From sequence record NC_019929.1: a DNA stretch of 64,000 nt. One strand, given 5' to 3'. Shown piece by piece: positions 19,704 through 28,315 of the stretch; positions within the stretch are counted from its first letter, which is position 1, and every line of letters begins with the position of its first letter. The position numbers were made by a program, and so were the translations under genes. The notes beneath the pieces were generated by a model. That model did no database searches, was not told the DNA's origin, and worked only from the letters and a program-made list of their open reading frames with translations.

Positions 19704-20408
19704 ATGAACTTGGACACGCTTATGAAAAACTTCGGGGCACGTAACATCAGCGAAGTGATGAAACATCCCAGCTACAAATTCGTTAGCCAACACGGCGATA
19801 AAGGGGCAACGCTGGCGTTGTACTATTTCCGCATTATCGACACCCCAGAGAGAATGCAAGGCTTCTTCGTCGATGTGAAAAGCGGGGCGATTCTGTTTCC
19901 GATGGGCTATCAACCGCAGTACAAAGTTGACGACCCGTATGTCTACGAAGACATCCTTTGTGAAACCTCGCGTTACTACATCGAACATTGCCGGTTGGAT
20001 GAAGATATACTCGAGGCGCTAACGCAAGGCGACCGACACAAACTGGCGAAATTGGAACCTACGCTATATGCGTTATACGACCTGGCCAACCGCGTCTACA
20101 GCAAAGCATTCAGTGTACAGATGCGCGCCATGAAGTATAAAGAGGTGTTGCAGTTTGAACGCATCCCAATGGCGATTCTCGGTAAGCAACGACAGGTGTG
20201 GGTTGAACGCGAAATCCGTTTCTACTCCCGCCGTAAACAAATCATCTACCGAATTGAATTAGGTGGCACCAAGGCACACCCGCAAACCATTCAGCTGGTA
20301 CGCAAGTTCACGCTGGAGCGCATCCCAACCTTGACAGAGTTCGTGATGCTGCCTGAGAACCTTCCCTTTATGGAACTCTATTACGCGCGCGATAATAGCG
20401 AGAAGTGA
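19704..20408 (+). CDS. Hypothetical protein, distant paralogue of 20497
   Basis: 234 aa; CCTAAAGGAG SD; GDRHKLAKLEP and IPTLTEFVM motifs. Confidence 0.75.
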   Translation: MNLDTLMKNFGARNISEVMKHPSYKFVSQHGDKGATLALYYFRIIDTPERMQGFFVDVKSGAILFPMGYQPQYKVDDPYVYEDILCETSRYYIEHCRLDEDILEALTQGDRHKLAKLEPTLYALYDLANRVYSKAFSVQMRAMKYKEVLQFERIPMAILGKQRQVWVEREIRFYSRRKQIIYRIELGGTKAHPQTIQLVRKFTLERIPTLTEFVMLPENLPFMELYYARDNSEK

Positions 20409-20496
20409 TTTTTTACGTCAGTACCAGTGTATATGCAATACCCGTAGTGAGTCGGGCAAAACTCACCAAACCTTAACTTATATAGAGAGACACATC

Positions 20497-21249
20497 ATGT
20501 TAGAAGCCAATGTATTGTTTTCCAAAGACGGCAAGAAAACCATCAGCCTTGTTGAGTCCAAATTGAAATCCCGCAATCCCGATTTTAAGCATTATAATAT
20601 CGCGATTACGGATTTAGAGACAAACGAGACGTGGCCATTTGCTACGCACTTTCAGACAAACTCAACAATCTCTGATGAGGAAAACAAAGCGCGCGCTGTA
20701 CAAGCTTACATGAACGAACTGGGCATCTTGTTCTTTAAACTGATCGCCCGAAAAGATGAAGCCCGTGAAGCATATATCGCCGATGACTGGGAAAAGCTGG
20801 CTGAACTTTGCCCACGCTATATCATCACCAAGGACTTCCTGGAACCGCTTTCCCTGCACCTGCTGGGTACCCCGTGGGTGCATCCGCCTGTGTCACATTC
20901 ACGGAAAGCCACACTGAACTTCCGTGCTAATCACAAAGGTGTGTTGTTGGTGGCAACTTGTAAGCTAGGTTGGAGTCATCGGGCAATCTGTTCTGACCAG
21001 GTTACGGTGACGTACGATTTTAGTTTGCAAAGCGGTACCGTGAATGATTTTCGCGATGTCGGGTATCTCCAACTTCGTCACCATTACCAAAACGGTAACT
21101 GGCCAACCCTTAAGCAGTTTATGACCGAGTCACGCGTAGAACGTGTGATTGATGCCTGGCTATTGTCGTACAAGAATTTTCCGGCAAGCGGCTCGTCCGT
21201 ACAAATGACGCCTGTCCCTATTTCCACCCTTGATAATAACGAGAAGTAA
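20497..21249 (+). CDS. Hypothetical protein, distant paralogue of 19704
   Basis: 250 aa; DDWEKLAELCP and WPTLKQFMT motifs. Confidence 0.75.
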   Translation: MLEANVLFSKDGKKTISLVESKLKSRNPDFKHYNIAITDLETNETWPFATHFQTNSTISDEENKARAVQAYMNELGILFFKLIARKDEAREAYIADDWEKLAELCPRYIITKDFLEPLSLHLLGTPWVHPPVSHSRKATLNFRANHKGVLLVATCKLGWSHRAICSDQVTVTYDFSLQSGTVNDFRDVGYLQLRHHYQNGNWPTLKQFMTESRVERVIDAWLLSYKNFPASGSSVQMTPVPISTLDNNEK

Positions 21250-21270
21250 GCAGTACCATTCTTCCCGCCC

Positions 21271-21300
21271 AGGAGACCTTCGGGTCTCCTTCTTTTTTTT
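21271..21300 (+). terminator. Intrinsic terminator
   Basis: AGGAGACC-TTCG-GGTCTCCT plus T-tract. Confidence 0.9.
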
Positions 21301-21301
21301 A

Positions 21302-21325
21302 TACGCCCCGTCCTAATAGTGTGAA
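21302..21325 (+). promoter_or_regulatory. Putative phage promoter, TACRM-N13-TGTGAW class
   Basis: TACGC-N13-TGTGAA right after terminator, upstream of tmk. Confidence 0.5.
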
Positions 21326-21355
21326 CAGCAACAATAATTAACTCGGGGATTTATC

Positions 21356-21979
21356 ATGTTAAGATCGGTGTCTATCGACGCTCCAGATTTCGCGGGCAAA
21401 GACACATTGTCAAACCTTGTCGTTGGGATGTTACGTGCAGCGGGCATTAACGCTGTCATGATTAACCACCCTACCAACGTGACTGAGCCAGGCATTCGTG
21501 CCCGTAACTTGGTCGGGCAAAGTGCGGCAAAACAAAAAATTGCAGAAGCCATGTGTGAAGACTTCCACATCACCATGGATGTAAAGGTGCCGATGTACGA
21601 CGTGGTCATCTTTAACCGCTTCTGTATCTCCACGATCGCCTACCAGGGTGTCGACGGTAAAGGCGAGGTGTTCCGCTCAAAGGTCGCTGACCATCCCAAT
21701 GCCCCACAGCTGTATGTGGCCATTGATGTTGATTACGACACTGCAATGACACGCTACAAAAAGCGTTTAGCAGAACAAGGCAAGAACTGGGATGACGAAG
21801 TCTTGACCATGCGCTATTTGCAGGACGAGCGTTCGTGGAACAGTTTGCGTGACGCCTATCGTTTTGCGCACCAGATTATCACTGAGGGCGGGGACAAGTT
21901 CCCGTTGGTTAATGTGGTCTCGGATGACAATATCGCATTAACCGCCAGCCAGATTGTACAGCGCATTCTGGAAGGTTAA
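21356..21979 (+). CDS. tmk: Thymidylate (dNMP) kinase
   Basis: P-loop variant IDAPDFAGKDT; FNRFCISTIAYQG equals the DR(Y/F)xxSxxAYQG signature. Confidence 0.8.
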   Translation: MLRSVSIDAPDFAGKDTLSNLVVGMLRAAGINAVMINHPTNVTEPGIRARNLVGQSAAKQKIAEAMCEDFHITMDVKVPMYDVVIFNRFCISTIAYQGVDGKGEVFRSKVADHPNAPQLYVAIDVDYDTAMTRYKKRLAEQGKNWDDEVLTMRYLQDERSWNSLRDAYRFAHQIITEGGDKFPLVNVVSDDNIALTASQIVQRILEG

Positions 21980-21982
21980 TGT

Positions 21983-22019
21983 AACCCCTCTTGCCTACGG
22001 GTAGGAGGGGTTTTATTTT
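21983..22019 (+). terminator. Intrinsic terminator
   Basis: AACCCCTCTTGCC-TACG-GGTAGGAGGGGTT plus T-tract. Confidence 0.85.
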
Positions 22020-22028
22020 AAATTATCT

Positions 22029-22100
22029 TAGATATATTTTACCTAGGTGAGAGTTGTACATTGAACTCTTATTCGACTATTAATCTAAAGGAGTATTACC
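22029..22100 (+). promoter_or_regulatory. Early-class promoter plus conserved 5' leader cassette
   Basis: TAGATATATTTTACCTAGGTGAGAGTT is 24/27 identical to 38277-38303; downstream ATTCGACTATTA and CTAAAGGAG SD. Confidence 0.65.
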
Positions 22101-22472
22101 ATGGCCCGTTTTAAACACGAATCAATGCACATTGTAAAAATGAAATTCCTGGTACGTTTGTCTTTCATTATCAAACGTATTACCGAAGTGGACATCACCC
22201 AGAAAGAGCTGGCTGAATTCATCGGCTGCTCCGCTTCCCAAATCTCCGCCGTGAAGAATGAGCGTGAACGCGCCGTCACGGTTGAGACACTGATGCGTAT
22301 CGCGGATGCCCTCAAGCTGACGTACAGTATTGAGCTGCGTTCCTTTAACGGTAAGGTGACCGAAGCCTTCCGCCTGGAATCGGCGGTAGAATACATGAAA
22401 GAGAATCCTATCCGTGTACTGGAAACCGGTATCCGTATTCTCTCTCGTCGTCACGACGTTGTCACGCACTAA
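22101..22472 (+). CDS. XRE-family helix-turn-helix protein
   Basis: ITQKELAEFIGCSASQISAVKNER...VTVETLMRIADAL. Confidence 0.85.
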   Translation: MARFKHESMHIVKMKFLVRLSFIIKRITEVDITQKELAEFIGCSASQISAVKNERERAVTVETLMRIADALKLTYSIELRSFNGKVTEAFRLESAVEYMKENPIRVLETGIRILSRRHDVVTH

Positions 22473-22481
22473 GGAGACGGT

Positions 22482-22862
22482 ATGAACTGGCATGTCCATG
22501 GAATCACCGCCAAGGTGATGAAAGAAGACCATGACCGTTGTAAGCATTTGAAGGTCGGGCAAATGGCAACACGTTACACCGCAGAGTGTGATTTGTTCGG
22601 ACGAGAAACGTACTACGTGTGCGAACCGTGCTATGTGAAGTTGCAGGAGGAATTGAAACAGGAAGAGGTAACATGCTCGGACTGTGGCGGAAACTTCCCT
22701 CGCAAACAAACGACGATGTGGAAGTGGTACGATTTCGACCACTTGCAAGGCGATGAAGCATTGTGCATCTGTGACAATTGCTCGTCCTTGCCCCGCCATC
22801 AGAATCGGGTCGAACAAGACAAGCGTAACTACGAGGAAGAGTTCCCCGAAGTTGCCGAATAA
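22482..22862 (+). CDS. Cys-rich putative zinc-binding protein
   Basis: CD...CEPC, CSDC, CICDNC clusters; AAGGAG SD. Confidence 0.7.
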   Translation: MNWHVHGITAKVMKEDHDRCKHLKVGQMATRYTAECDLFGRETYYVCEPCYVKLQEELKQEEVTCSDCGGNFPRKQTTMWKWYDFDHLQGDEALCICDNCSSLPRHQNRVEQDKRNYEEEFPEVAE

Positions 22863-22868
22863 GAAACT

Positions 22869-22894
22869 GGGAGCTTAGGCTCCCTTTCTTTTTT
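22869..22894 (+). terminator. Intrinsic terminator
   Basis: GGGAGC-TTAG-GCTCCC plus T-tract. Confidence 0.8.
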
Positions 22895-22901
22895 GTCTTT
22901 T

Positions 22902-22925
22902 TACACGATACCCTATTGTTGTGAA
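22902..22925 (+). promoter_or_regulatory. Putative phage promoter, TACRM-N13-TGTGAW class
   Basis: TACAC-N13-TGTGAA after terminator, upstream of dam. Confidence 0.5.
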
Positions 22926-23061
22926 AGCCTGTGTCTTTTGGACAAGGCGTAAACTATCACCTACGGCTATGCACGGCGATACGTTCTCAAGTTGACGTGG
23001 TTATCAGGGAAGTTAATAAAAACCTGCCACAGGGCTTCTGAGAGCGTTTTAGAGGGTATTA

Positions 23062-23880
23062 ATGATTAAACCAATTCTTAAGTGGATGGGTGGGAAGTCT
23101 CGTATCCTCCCTGTCCTATTACAACACCTGCCTCAACGCAACACGTTTGTGGAACCGTTCGTGGGTGCAGGTTCGGTATTCCTGAATACCGATTATGACA
23201 ATTACATTTTGGCGGATTCAAACCCTGACCTGATTGAGCTATTGTCAATTGCAAAAGACCAACCCGAAGCGTTAATCGCTGCTACCCAACCGTTGTTCGT
23301 AGACGGGAATGTACGGCGAACGTTTATGGAGCGGCGTGAGGCGTTTAACGCCGCAGGTACCGATGGGATGTCGCGAGTTGATCGTGCAGCAATGTTTTTG
23401 TACTTAATGCGCCACGGGTATAACGGGATGTGTCGTTATAACGGAAGCGGGGGCTTTAATGTGCCGTTCGGCAAATACCCCAACGGGGTGTATTATCCGC
23501 TGAATGAGATTAATGCCTGGGCGAAGAAATGCAAAGACGCTGATGTGACTTTGCTGTGTGCAGATTTCCGCACCGTACTGGAGTCGTGTCCAGACAACGC
23601 AGTTATCTACGCTGACCCGCCATATATCCCGCTGTCCGAAACAGCGAAACACGCGCAATACCACAAAAAAGAATTCTCGCAAACCGACCACCGTGTGCTT
23701 TCCCGTATGCTGTTCGCGCAGGTTGAACGGGGAAACAATGTGGTGTTGTCCAATGCAGATACTTTATTAACTCGCGAAATCTATCACGGCTTCAACTGGC
23801 ACACAGTGGAGGTCGGACGGTATATGTCCGCGGATAAATCGAAACGTAAAACGGTACCTGAATTAATCGGTGTACTGTAA
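23062..23880 (+). CDS. dam: DNA adenine methyltransferase (Dam/D12 class)
   Basis: KWMGGKSR, EPFVGAGSVF (motif I), GYNGMCRYN..G.FNVPFGKY (target recognition), DPPY (motif IV). Confidence 0.95.
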   Translation: MIKPILKWMGGKSRILPVLLQHLPQRNTFVEPFVGAGSVFLNTDYDNYILADSNPDLIELLSIAKDQPEALIAATQPLFVDGNVRRTFMERREAFNAAGTDGMSRVDRAAMFLYLMRHGYNGMCRYNGSGGFNVPFGKYPNGVYYPLNEINAWAKKCKDADVTLLCADFRTVLESCPDNAVIYADPPYIPLSETAKHAQYHKKEFSQTDHRVLSRMLFAQVERGNNVVLSNADTLLTREIYHGFNWHTVEVGRYMSADKSKRKTVPELIGVL

Positions 23881-23889
23881 GGGTAAGCT

Positions 23890-24696
23890 ATGAACGTTTA
23901 TGATGTTTACGCCGATAACGATGACCAGAAATCGGTTACCTTTGCGGGCAAACTCACACGGCTGGAGAAGGTCAGGGAAAGTATTCAGGGGATGCGTCCG
24001 TTGGATGAGGACAGTCACTGGTTGGTGGTGACGAACAGCGGTACTGTGCAACTGTATTTCCGTGGCACAGTCAATGGTGGGGTGTTGTATCTGTACGAAC
24101 TGCATTCGCTGTGTGCGGAGCCGATGTTTACCGCCTGGCGGTCGTTGATGCGCCAGTTAGAAGTGAAGCACATTGATTTGTCTGTACGTCATGACGATCG
24201 TAGCCACGTTCATCTGTACGAACAGCTGGGTTTCGAGTGCGTTTCCCAACGTGTGGAAATCACCGTTACCGCAGATGCTGTCTTTGAACCAGATTCCAAC
24301 GTGGTGGGTATCGAAAACCTGAGTATTGAGCAGACAGGTGAATTGTGTACGCTGATACGTGCTCGAGCTGTCACTGACAAAGCTGCCGAAGAGTTGCTCG
24401 GCGAGTTGGCGATGGGGTTCATCAGTGGTGTCGTGCTGCTGACGGACAATCACGTTGGGGCGTGTTTGTTGTACAAAGAGTTCCCGAAGATGTTGGTCGG
24501 GGAACAATGTTTCTGTGTGATGGCCACCACTGACCCGGACTACGGTCATGTCTTTGGCCTGTGTTACGCTGGGTTAATGTTGTTGGGGCAGCGCACACAG
24601 AAGAAAATTAATCTGGGCTTTGCTGCCGATTATCACCCAACCGCACAGGAGGGCGTGGTCTATCGGCCAGTAACGCACCACTATTCGTTGCGATGA
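23890..24696 (+). CDS. Degenerate GNAT-fold protein, possibly two-domain
   Basis: HIDLSVRHDDRSHVHLYEQLGF resembles GNAT motif B; no clear motif A. Confidence 0.5.
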   Translation: MNVYDVYADNDDQKSVTFAGKLTRLEKVRESIQGMRPLDEDSHWLVVTNSGTVQLYFRGTVNGGVLYLYELHSLCAEPMFTAWRSLMRQLEVKHIDLSVRHDDRSHVHLYEQLGFECVSQRVEITVTADAVFEPDSNVVGIENLSIEQTGELCTLIRARAVTDKAAEELLGELAMGFISGVVLLTDNHVGACLLYKEFPKMLVGEQCFCVMATTDPDYGHVFGLCYAGLMLLGQRTQKKINLGFAADYHPTAQEGVVYRPVTHHYSLR

Positions 24697-25523
24697 GGGC
24701 AGGCATGTTACGAATTGTAGAACGCACAGAGCATTTGTTGGATAGGGAATGGTTGGAAGACCGACACGCTTTGTTCTTTCTTGAACGTATCCGTTTAGAT
24801 GACATGAAACCACCGCGTAAGTTGTTTTATCGAATCTTTGAAGCGTTTGAGAGTGAGTCTCCGGCACCGAGTGCGGTGGTTTTGTGTTTAGACCACGGTT
24901 TCATGCTGGAGCTTATCACCATGGCTCGCGACGAGAAGGCTAAGCTGTCTTCCCTCGCCGACGACTTACTGACCGCGACGTTGCACACGTATATCGTGAC
25001 GCACACCGTGGAAGAAGGTGAGGTGTACGCCCGTATGGGGTTCCATTGTTCTACCGTGAACTACCGCATTAAGAACCCGCAACCGGAACAACCGGATGTT
25101 GACTTCCAGCCTACACTGGAAGCGGCATTTGATACCCGCGAGAAGTTTCTGGAATGGATTTCGGTCATTTACGGCCGCGAATCCATTTACGACATCATGC
25201 TCACTGGGGGTCGGTTTGTTTCGATGCGGGATGACGCAGGGCTATGTGTGACGGTTATCTCTACGTCCCCTGGCAATGAGCGTTGGGTGGTCGGCAAAGC
25301 GTTTGACGGGCAGGGCAATATTCTGCAACTGACTACCGCACGCTTTGCGGCGTTTATGAAATGTATTTTGTCCTCGTTACCGAAAGGTGAAGAGGTGGTT
25401 TATACCTACCACCAGTTTGAAGGTGGGAATGAAGCCATGTGGTTGCTGCAAAACGGTTGGCTACCGGAAAGCTTTGAATACGCCCGTTCTAAATCCCATA
25501 AAGGAGTAACTAATGCAAATTAA
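24693..25523 (+). CDS. Degenerate GNAT-like protein, similar in architecture to the previous gene
   Basis: EVYARMGFHC and terminal WLLQNGW resemble motif B twice; ATGA coupling. Confidence 0.4.
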   Translation: MRAGMLRIVERTEHLLDREWLEDRHALFFLERIRLDDMKPPRKLFYRIFEAFESESPAPSAVVLCLDHGFMLELITMARDEKAKLSSLADDLLTATLHTYIVTHTVEEGEVYARMGFHCSTVNYRIKNPQPEQPDVDFQPTLEAAFDTREKFLEWISVIYGRESIYDIMLTGGRFVSMRDDAGLCVTVISTSPGNERWVVGKAFDGQGNILQLTTARFAAFMKCILSSLPKGEEVVYTYHQFEGGNEAMWLLQNGWLPESFEYARSKSHKGVTNAN

Positions 25524-25797
25524 TCGTTCTATTGCCAAAACCAAAGAAGTGGTTTACACCGTTGTCGACGGTAACGACGAACAGTTCGCTGCGGTCATCG
25601 ATGAAGACCATGTTTTGCAGGTAGCCTACCCAGGCGAAGAAGTGACCCGTGGACACCAACGTGTCCTGGATAAACTGATTGCCAAAGTGAAAGGTCGTGA
25701 CGGGGTGAAAACCTACAATGTGCTGACTGGCTACACGCTGCAACAAGGCGAGAGCGAAATCCTGATTGTGGCCAACGGCGTATCCGAACTCGTTTAG
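25513..25797 (+). CDS. Hypothetical protein
   Basis: 94 aa, AAGGAG SD. Confidence 0.75.
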   Translation: MQINRSIAKTKEVVYTVVDGNDEQFAAVIDEDHVLQVAYPGEEVTRGHQRVLDKLIAKVKGRDGVKTYNVLTGYTLQQGESEILIVANGVSELV

Positions 25798-25812
25798 TAT
25801 GACCCTGAAACT

Positions 25813-26313
25813 GTGTTGAGGTTTACCATGGATATGATCGAACTTGGTCAAATGGACCAGCACAACTTCGACCTGGATGTTCGTAGCCGCGAAGACTGTT
25901 CACCTGAGGTGATGATGTCGGCGTACCACGAACTGTTAACCGGCGAGCCACTGACTGACGAATACGTACACCGTTTCGAGAAAGTGCTTGCTGGCCTTAT
26001 CGGGTCGAATGCTGCCCATGTTGGCCTGCTGCATGAAATGAACTTCTCAGGCGTCGAACCACTGGATGCTGCGGCTATCTTAAAAGACGGCGCAGCCCCT
26101 GGCGACGAAGTGATGGACATGATTGCAAATATCCGCGCGCAGTTTGATGAAGCTGCTGAGAAGTACGCGGAGGAATTGGAAGGACGAGATTTAGTGGCCC
26201 CACTAGACCCGAACCCAACCGATGAACAGCGTCGTGCAGCAAAACTGACGCTCGCACGTTATATCATCGCAGCCATCCTCACCGATGACCGTGAAGAAAA
26301 CGAGCTGAGTTAA
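25813..26313 (+). CDS. Acidic hypothetical protein
   Basis: 166 aa; true start may be the downstream ATG after GAGG; terminator follows. Confidence 0.7.
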   Translation: MLRFTMDMIELGQMDQHNFDLDVRSREDCSPEVMMSAYHELLTGEPLTDEYVHRFEKVLAGLIGSNAAHVGLLHEMNFSGVEPLDAAAILKDGAAPGDEVMDMIANIRAQFDEAAEKYAEELEGRDLVAPLDPNPTDEQRRAAKLTLARYIIAAILTDDREENELS

Positions 26314-26319
26314 GGCGTG

Positions 26320-26359
26320 CCTCCTTGCCTACGGGTGAGGAGGTTCCCTTTATTTTTTT
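26320..26359 (+). terminator. Intrinsic terminator
   Basis: CCTCCTTGCC-TACG-GGTGAGGAGG plus T-tract. Confidence 0.8.
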
Positions 26360-26412
26360 ACACTGGGCCACCTACTTATGTGAAAATCGCCCAACCTTTG
26401 AGGAAGAAATAA

Positions 26413-26748
26413 ATGTGGATTAGTTCGATTCATCGTGACCTGCCTAAAATTGTGGACTTCGGCACTTCGACAACCGGTGACCCGCACCCGGAGCCAGTCC
26501 AGATTGACGTGGGACTGGTGCGCTTTGACCGTATGGAAGAAGGCATGTTCATCGTTATCGATGACAAAGAAAACGAATTTGTGCTGTTCCACGAAGAAGT
26601 GGATACCAGCGAAATCGTTGAAGGTGTCTGGCTGGCAAGCTGGCACGACAAAACCACGGACAAGTGGATGTGGGCAACCGCAAAACAAGTCGGCGAAAAT
26701 TCCTTTGTGCTGAGTGAGAAGCATCACGTCGAGCCGATTCCTCACTGA
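26413..26748 (+). CDS. Hypothetical protein
   Basis: 111 aa, GAGGA SD. Confidence 0.7.
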   Translation: MWISSIHRDLPKIVDFGTSTTGDPHPEPVQIDVGLVRFDRMEEGMFIVIDDKENEFVLFHEEVDTSEIVEGVWLASWHDKTTDKWMWATAKQVGENSFVLSEKHHVEPIPH

Positions 26749-26761
26749 TCGCAAATCCTTT

Positions 26762-26785
26762 CAGATAGATGTTATTCAAGGGAGA
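26762..26785 (+). promoter_or_regulatory. Putative early-class promoter
   Basis: CAGATAGATGTTATTCAAGGGAGA aligns with the 38277 motif; CCTAAAGGAA SD downstream. Confidence 0.55.
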
Positions 26786-26821
26786 ACTTATACACTCCCT
26801 GTTAAACCTAAAGGAATACTC

Positions 26822-27442
26822 ATGAAATCAATCGCCATCCCCATGGGCACTGTTCAGTTCCCAGAGTTTTCTGGCATCCGTATTTACCTGGCCGAAGCCT
26901 TGGCAGGTGTTGCACACAAACTGGTGGAAGGTCCTTACTCCGCCATTGTTCGCAAGATGTTGGATGATGCACAGATTCCAGCAGACCAGAAAGTTTTCCT
27001 TACCATTGACGAAAAGGAACTGGCCGCCGGTCAGCCGCATCGTCGTGGTGGTGCACACATCGACGGTGTGTACGATATGTTTGCCGATGAAACCCGTATG
27101 GGCTGGGGCGGCGGTGGTGGTTGGTTAAATGGTGTTCCTGGTCGGATGCTTGACGATGCAGGCCACAAACGTTCTTACCAAAATGAGAACGGTGGCATGT
27201 TGATCGTTTCCAGCTTCCCTGCCTGTCAGGTGTGGACCGGTGAGTTAGACGGTGTGGCCGGACAAGGCGGGAGTTGCGAGCATCTGCGCGACAAGTTCGA
27301 TACTCTGGAGACGAGCGTAATGGACGCCAACCGCGTTTACAAAGCCAGCTCCATGTGTATCCACGAGTCGCTTCCTGTAACGCAGGACGTTAAACGTCAG
27401 CTGTTACGAATCACGCTGTCGGAGCAATACCAATTTCATTGA
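26822..27442 (+). CDS. Putative 2OG-Fe(II) dioxygenase-like protein
   Basis: RRGGAHIDG (HxD), distal CIHES (His), then RQLLRI; start at ATG 26822. Confidence 0.5.
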   Translation: MKSIAIPMGTVQFPEFSGIRIYLAEALAGVAHKLVEGPYSAIVRKMLDDAQIPADQKVFLTIDEKELAAGQPHRRGGAHIDGVYDMFADETRMGWGGGGGWLNGVPGRMLDDAGHKRSYQNENGGMLIVSSFPACQVWTGELDGVAGQGGSCEHLRDKFDTLETSVMDANRVYKASSMCIHESLPVTQDVKRQLLRITLSEQYQFH

Positions 27443-27465
27443 GGTAGGCTCCAAGGAGAAATCCC

Positions 27466-27780
27466 ATGGCTAAGCAATATACCATTGTTAAACGTGAAGG
27501 TACGACGCTGCTGTACGCAGAGAAGGATGGCGACAAAGACGCCGTGGCCAAGAAACTGAACCTGCAAGGGTTCCTCTATCAGGGTCTGCGTAAAGGTCTT
27601 ACTATCGTCTTCAAAGGGTTACCTCAAGCCAAGAACCTGCGTGTTCTTCGTGCCGACGGTAACCTGAAGGCGTTGACTCCGGATGTTCCAGTTGACACCT
27701 TGCCGGTGAAAGCTGTGAAGAAGCCCGCAGCCAAAACCGCCAAAGCTCCTGTGAAGTCTCGCAGCCGGGTAACGGCATAA
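27466..27780 (+). CDS. Basic protein with Lys/Ala/Pro-rich tail, possibly nucleic-acid binding
   Basis: PVKAVKKPAAKTAKAPVKSRSR; AAGGAG SD; strong codon bias. Confidence 0.75.
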   Translation: MAKQYTIVKREGTTLLYAEKDGDKDAVAKKLNLQGFLYQGLRKGLTIVFKGLPQAKNLRVLRADGNLKALTPDVPVDTLPVKAVKKPAAKTAKAPVKSRSRVTA

Positions 27781-27783
27781 CCT

Positions 27784-27820
27784 AATCCCTACCCCGATAA
27801 AGGGTAGGGATTCTTTTATT
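27784..27820 (+). terminator. Intrinsic terminator
   Basis: AATCCCTACCC-CGATAAA-GGGTAGGGATT plus T-rich tail. Confidence 0.85.
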
Positions 27821-27843
27821 AATTCCCTAGGGAAATAAACATC

Positions 27844-28293
27844 ATGTTTCAAAACTCAGTTGTGTCAACGACGGAATTAGTTGCGTTCAAACGGCGCACC
27901 TCCCAGGCACTTGAGGAGGAAAACCGTCTTGGTGGAATGAAGGAAGTGGTGGAAGCCTTCCTTAACTGGCCGCACGTTGCCACCCTGTGGTGTAACGAAG
28001 GGCAAACCCGTGTCGAAGGTGGAAAGCATCGCACGCGGAACCATCATTATATTTCGTTTGTGGTAACGCAGGAAGGACTGCATGACCTTGAGAACATCTA
28101 CAGTGCGTGGCAGACTCACCCGTTAAGTGAGCGTATTCAAATCACGCTTTCCAGAATGCGTTTTGGCCCAGCAGAAACCGAGACCTTCGGCGGTTGGACG
28201 TTCAAACTTAACTACCGTCCTGACCCAGAAGTTATAAAGGATGTGTGTGAGCATTGGTTAAAGATCGCCAATTTTACAGATAGCGACCATTAA
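27844..28293 (+). CDS. Hypothetical protein, paralogue of 28316 (TYW3-like 'TxxxCxGH' family, degenerate)
   Basis: LVAFKRRT.QALEE...EVVEAFLNWPHVATLWCNEGQ. Confidence 0.7.
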   Translation: MFQNSVVSTTELVAFKRRTSQALEEENRLGGMKEVVEAFLNWPHVATLWCNEGQTRVEGGKHRTRNHHYISFVVTQEGLHDLENIYSAWQTHPLSERIQITLSRMRFGPAETETFGGWTFKLNYRPDPEVIKDVCEHWLKIANFTDSDH

Positions 28294-28315
28294 ATGTAAG
28301 ACCCTAAAGGAGGAT

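Noticed and set aside
22122-22817. 231-aa minus-strand ORF
   Set aside because: Spans two well-supported plus-strand genes; no supporting signals
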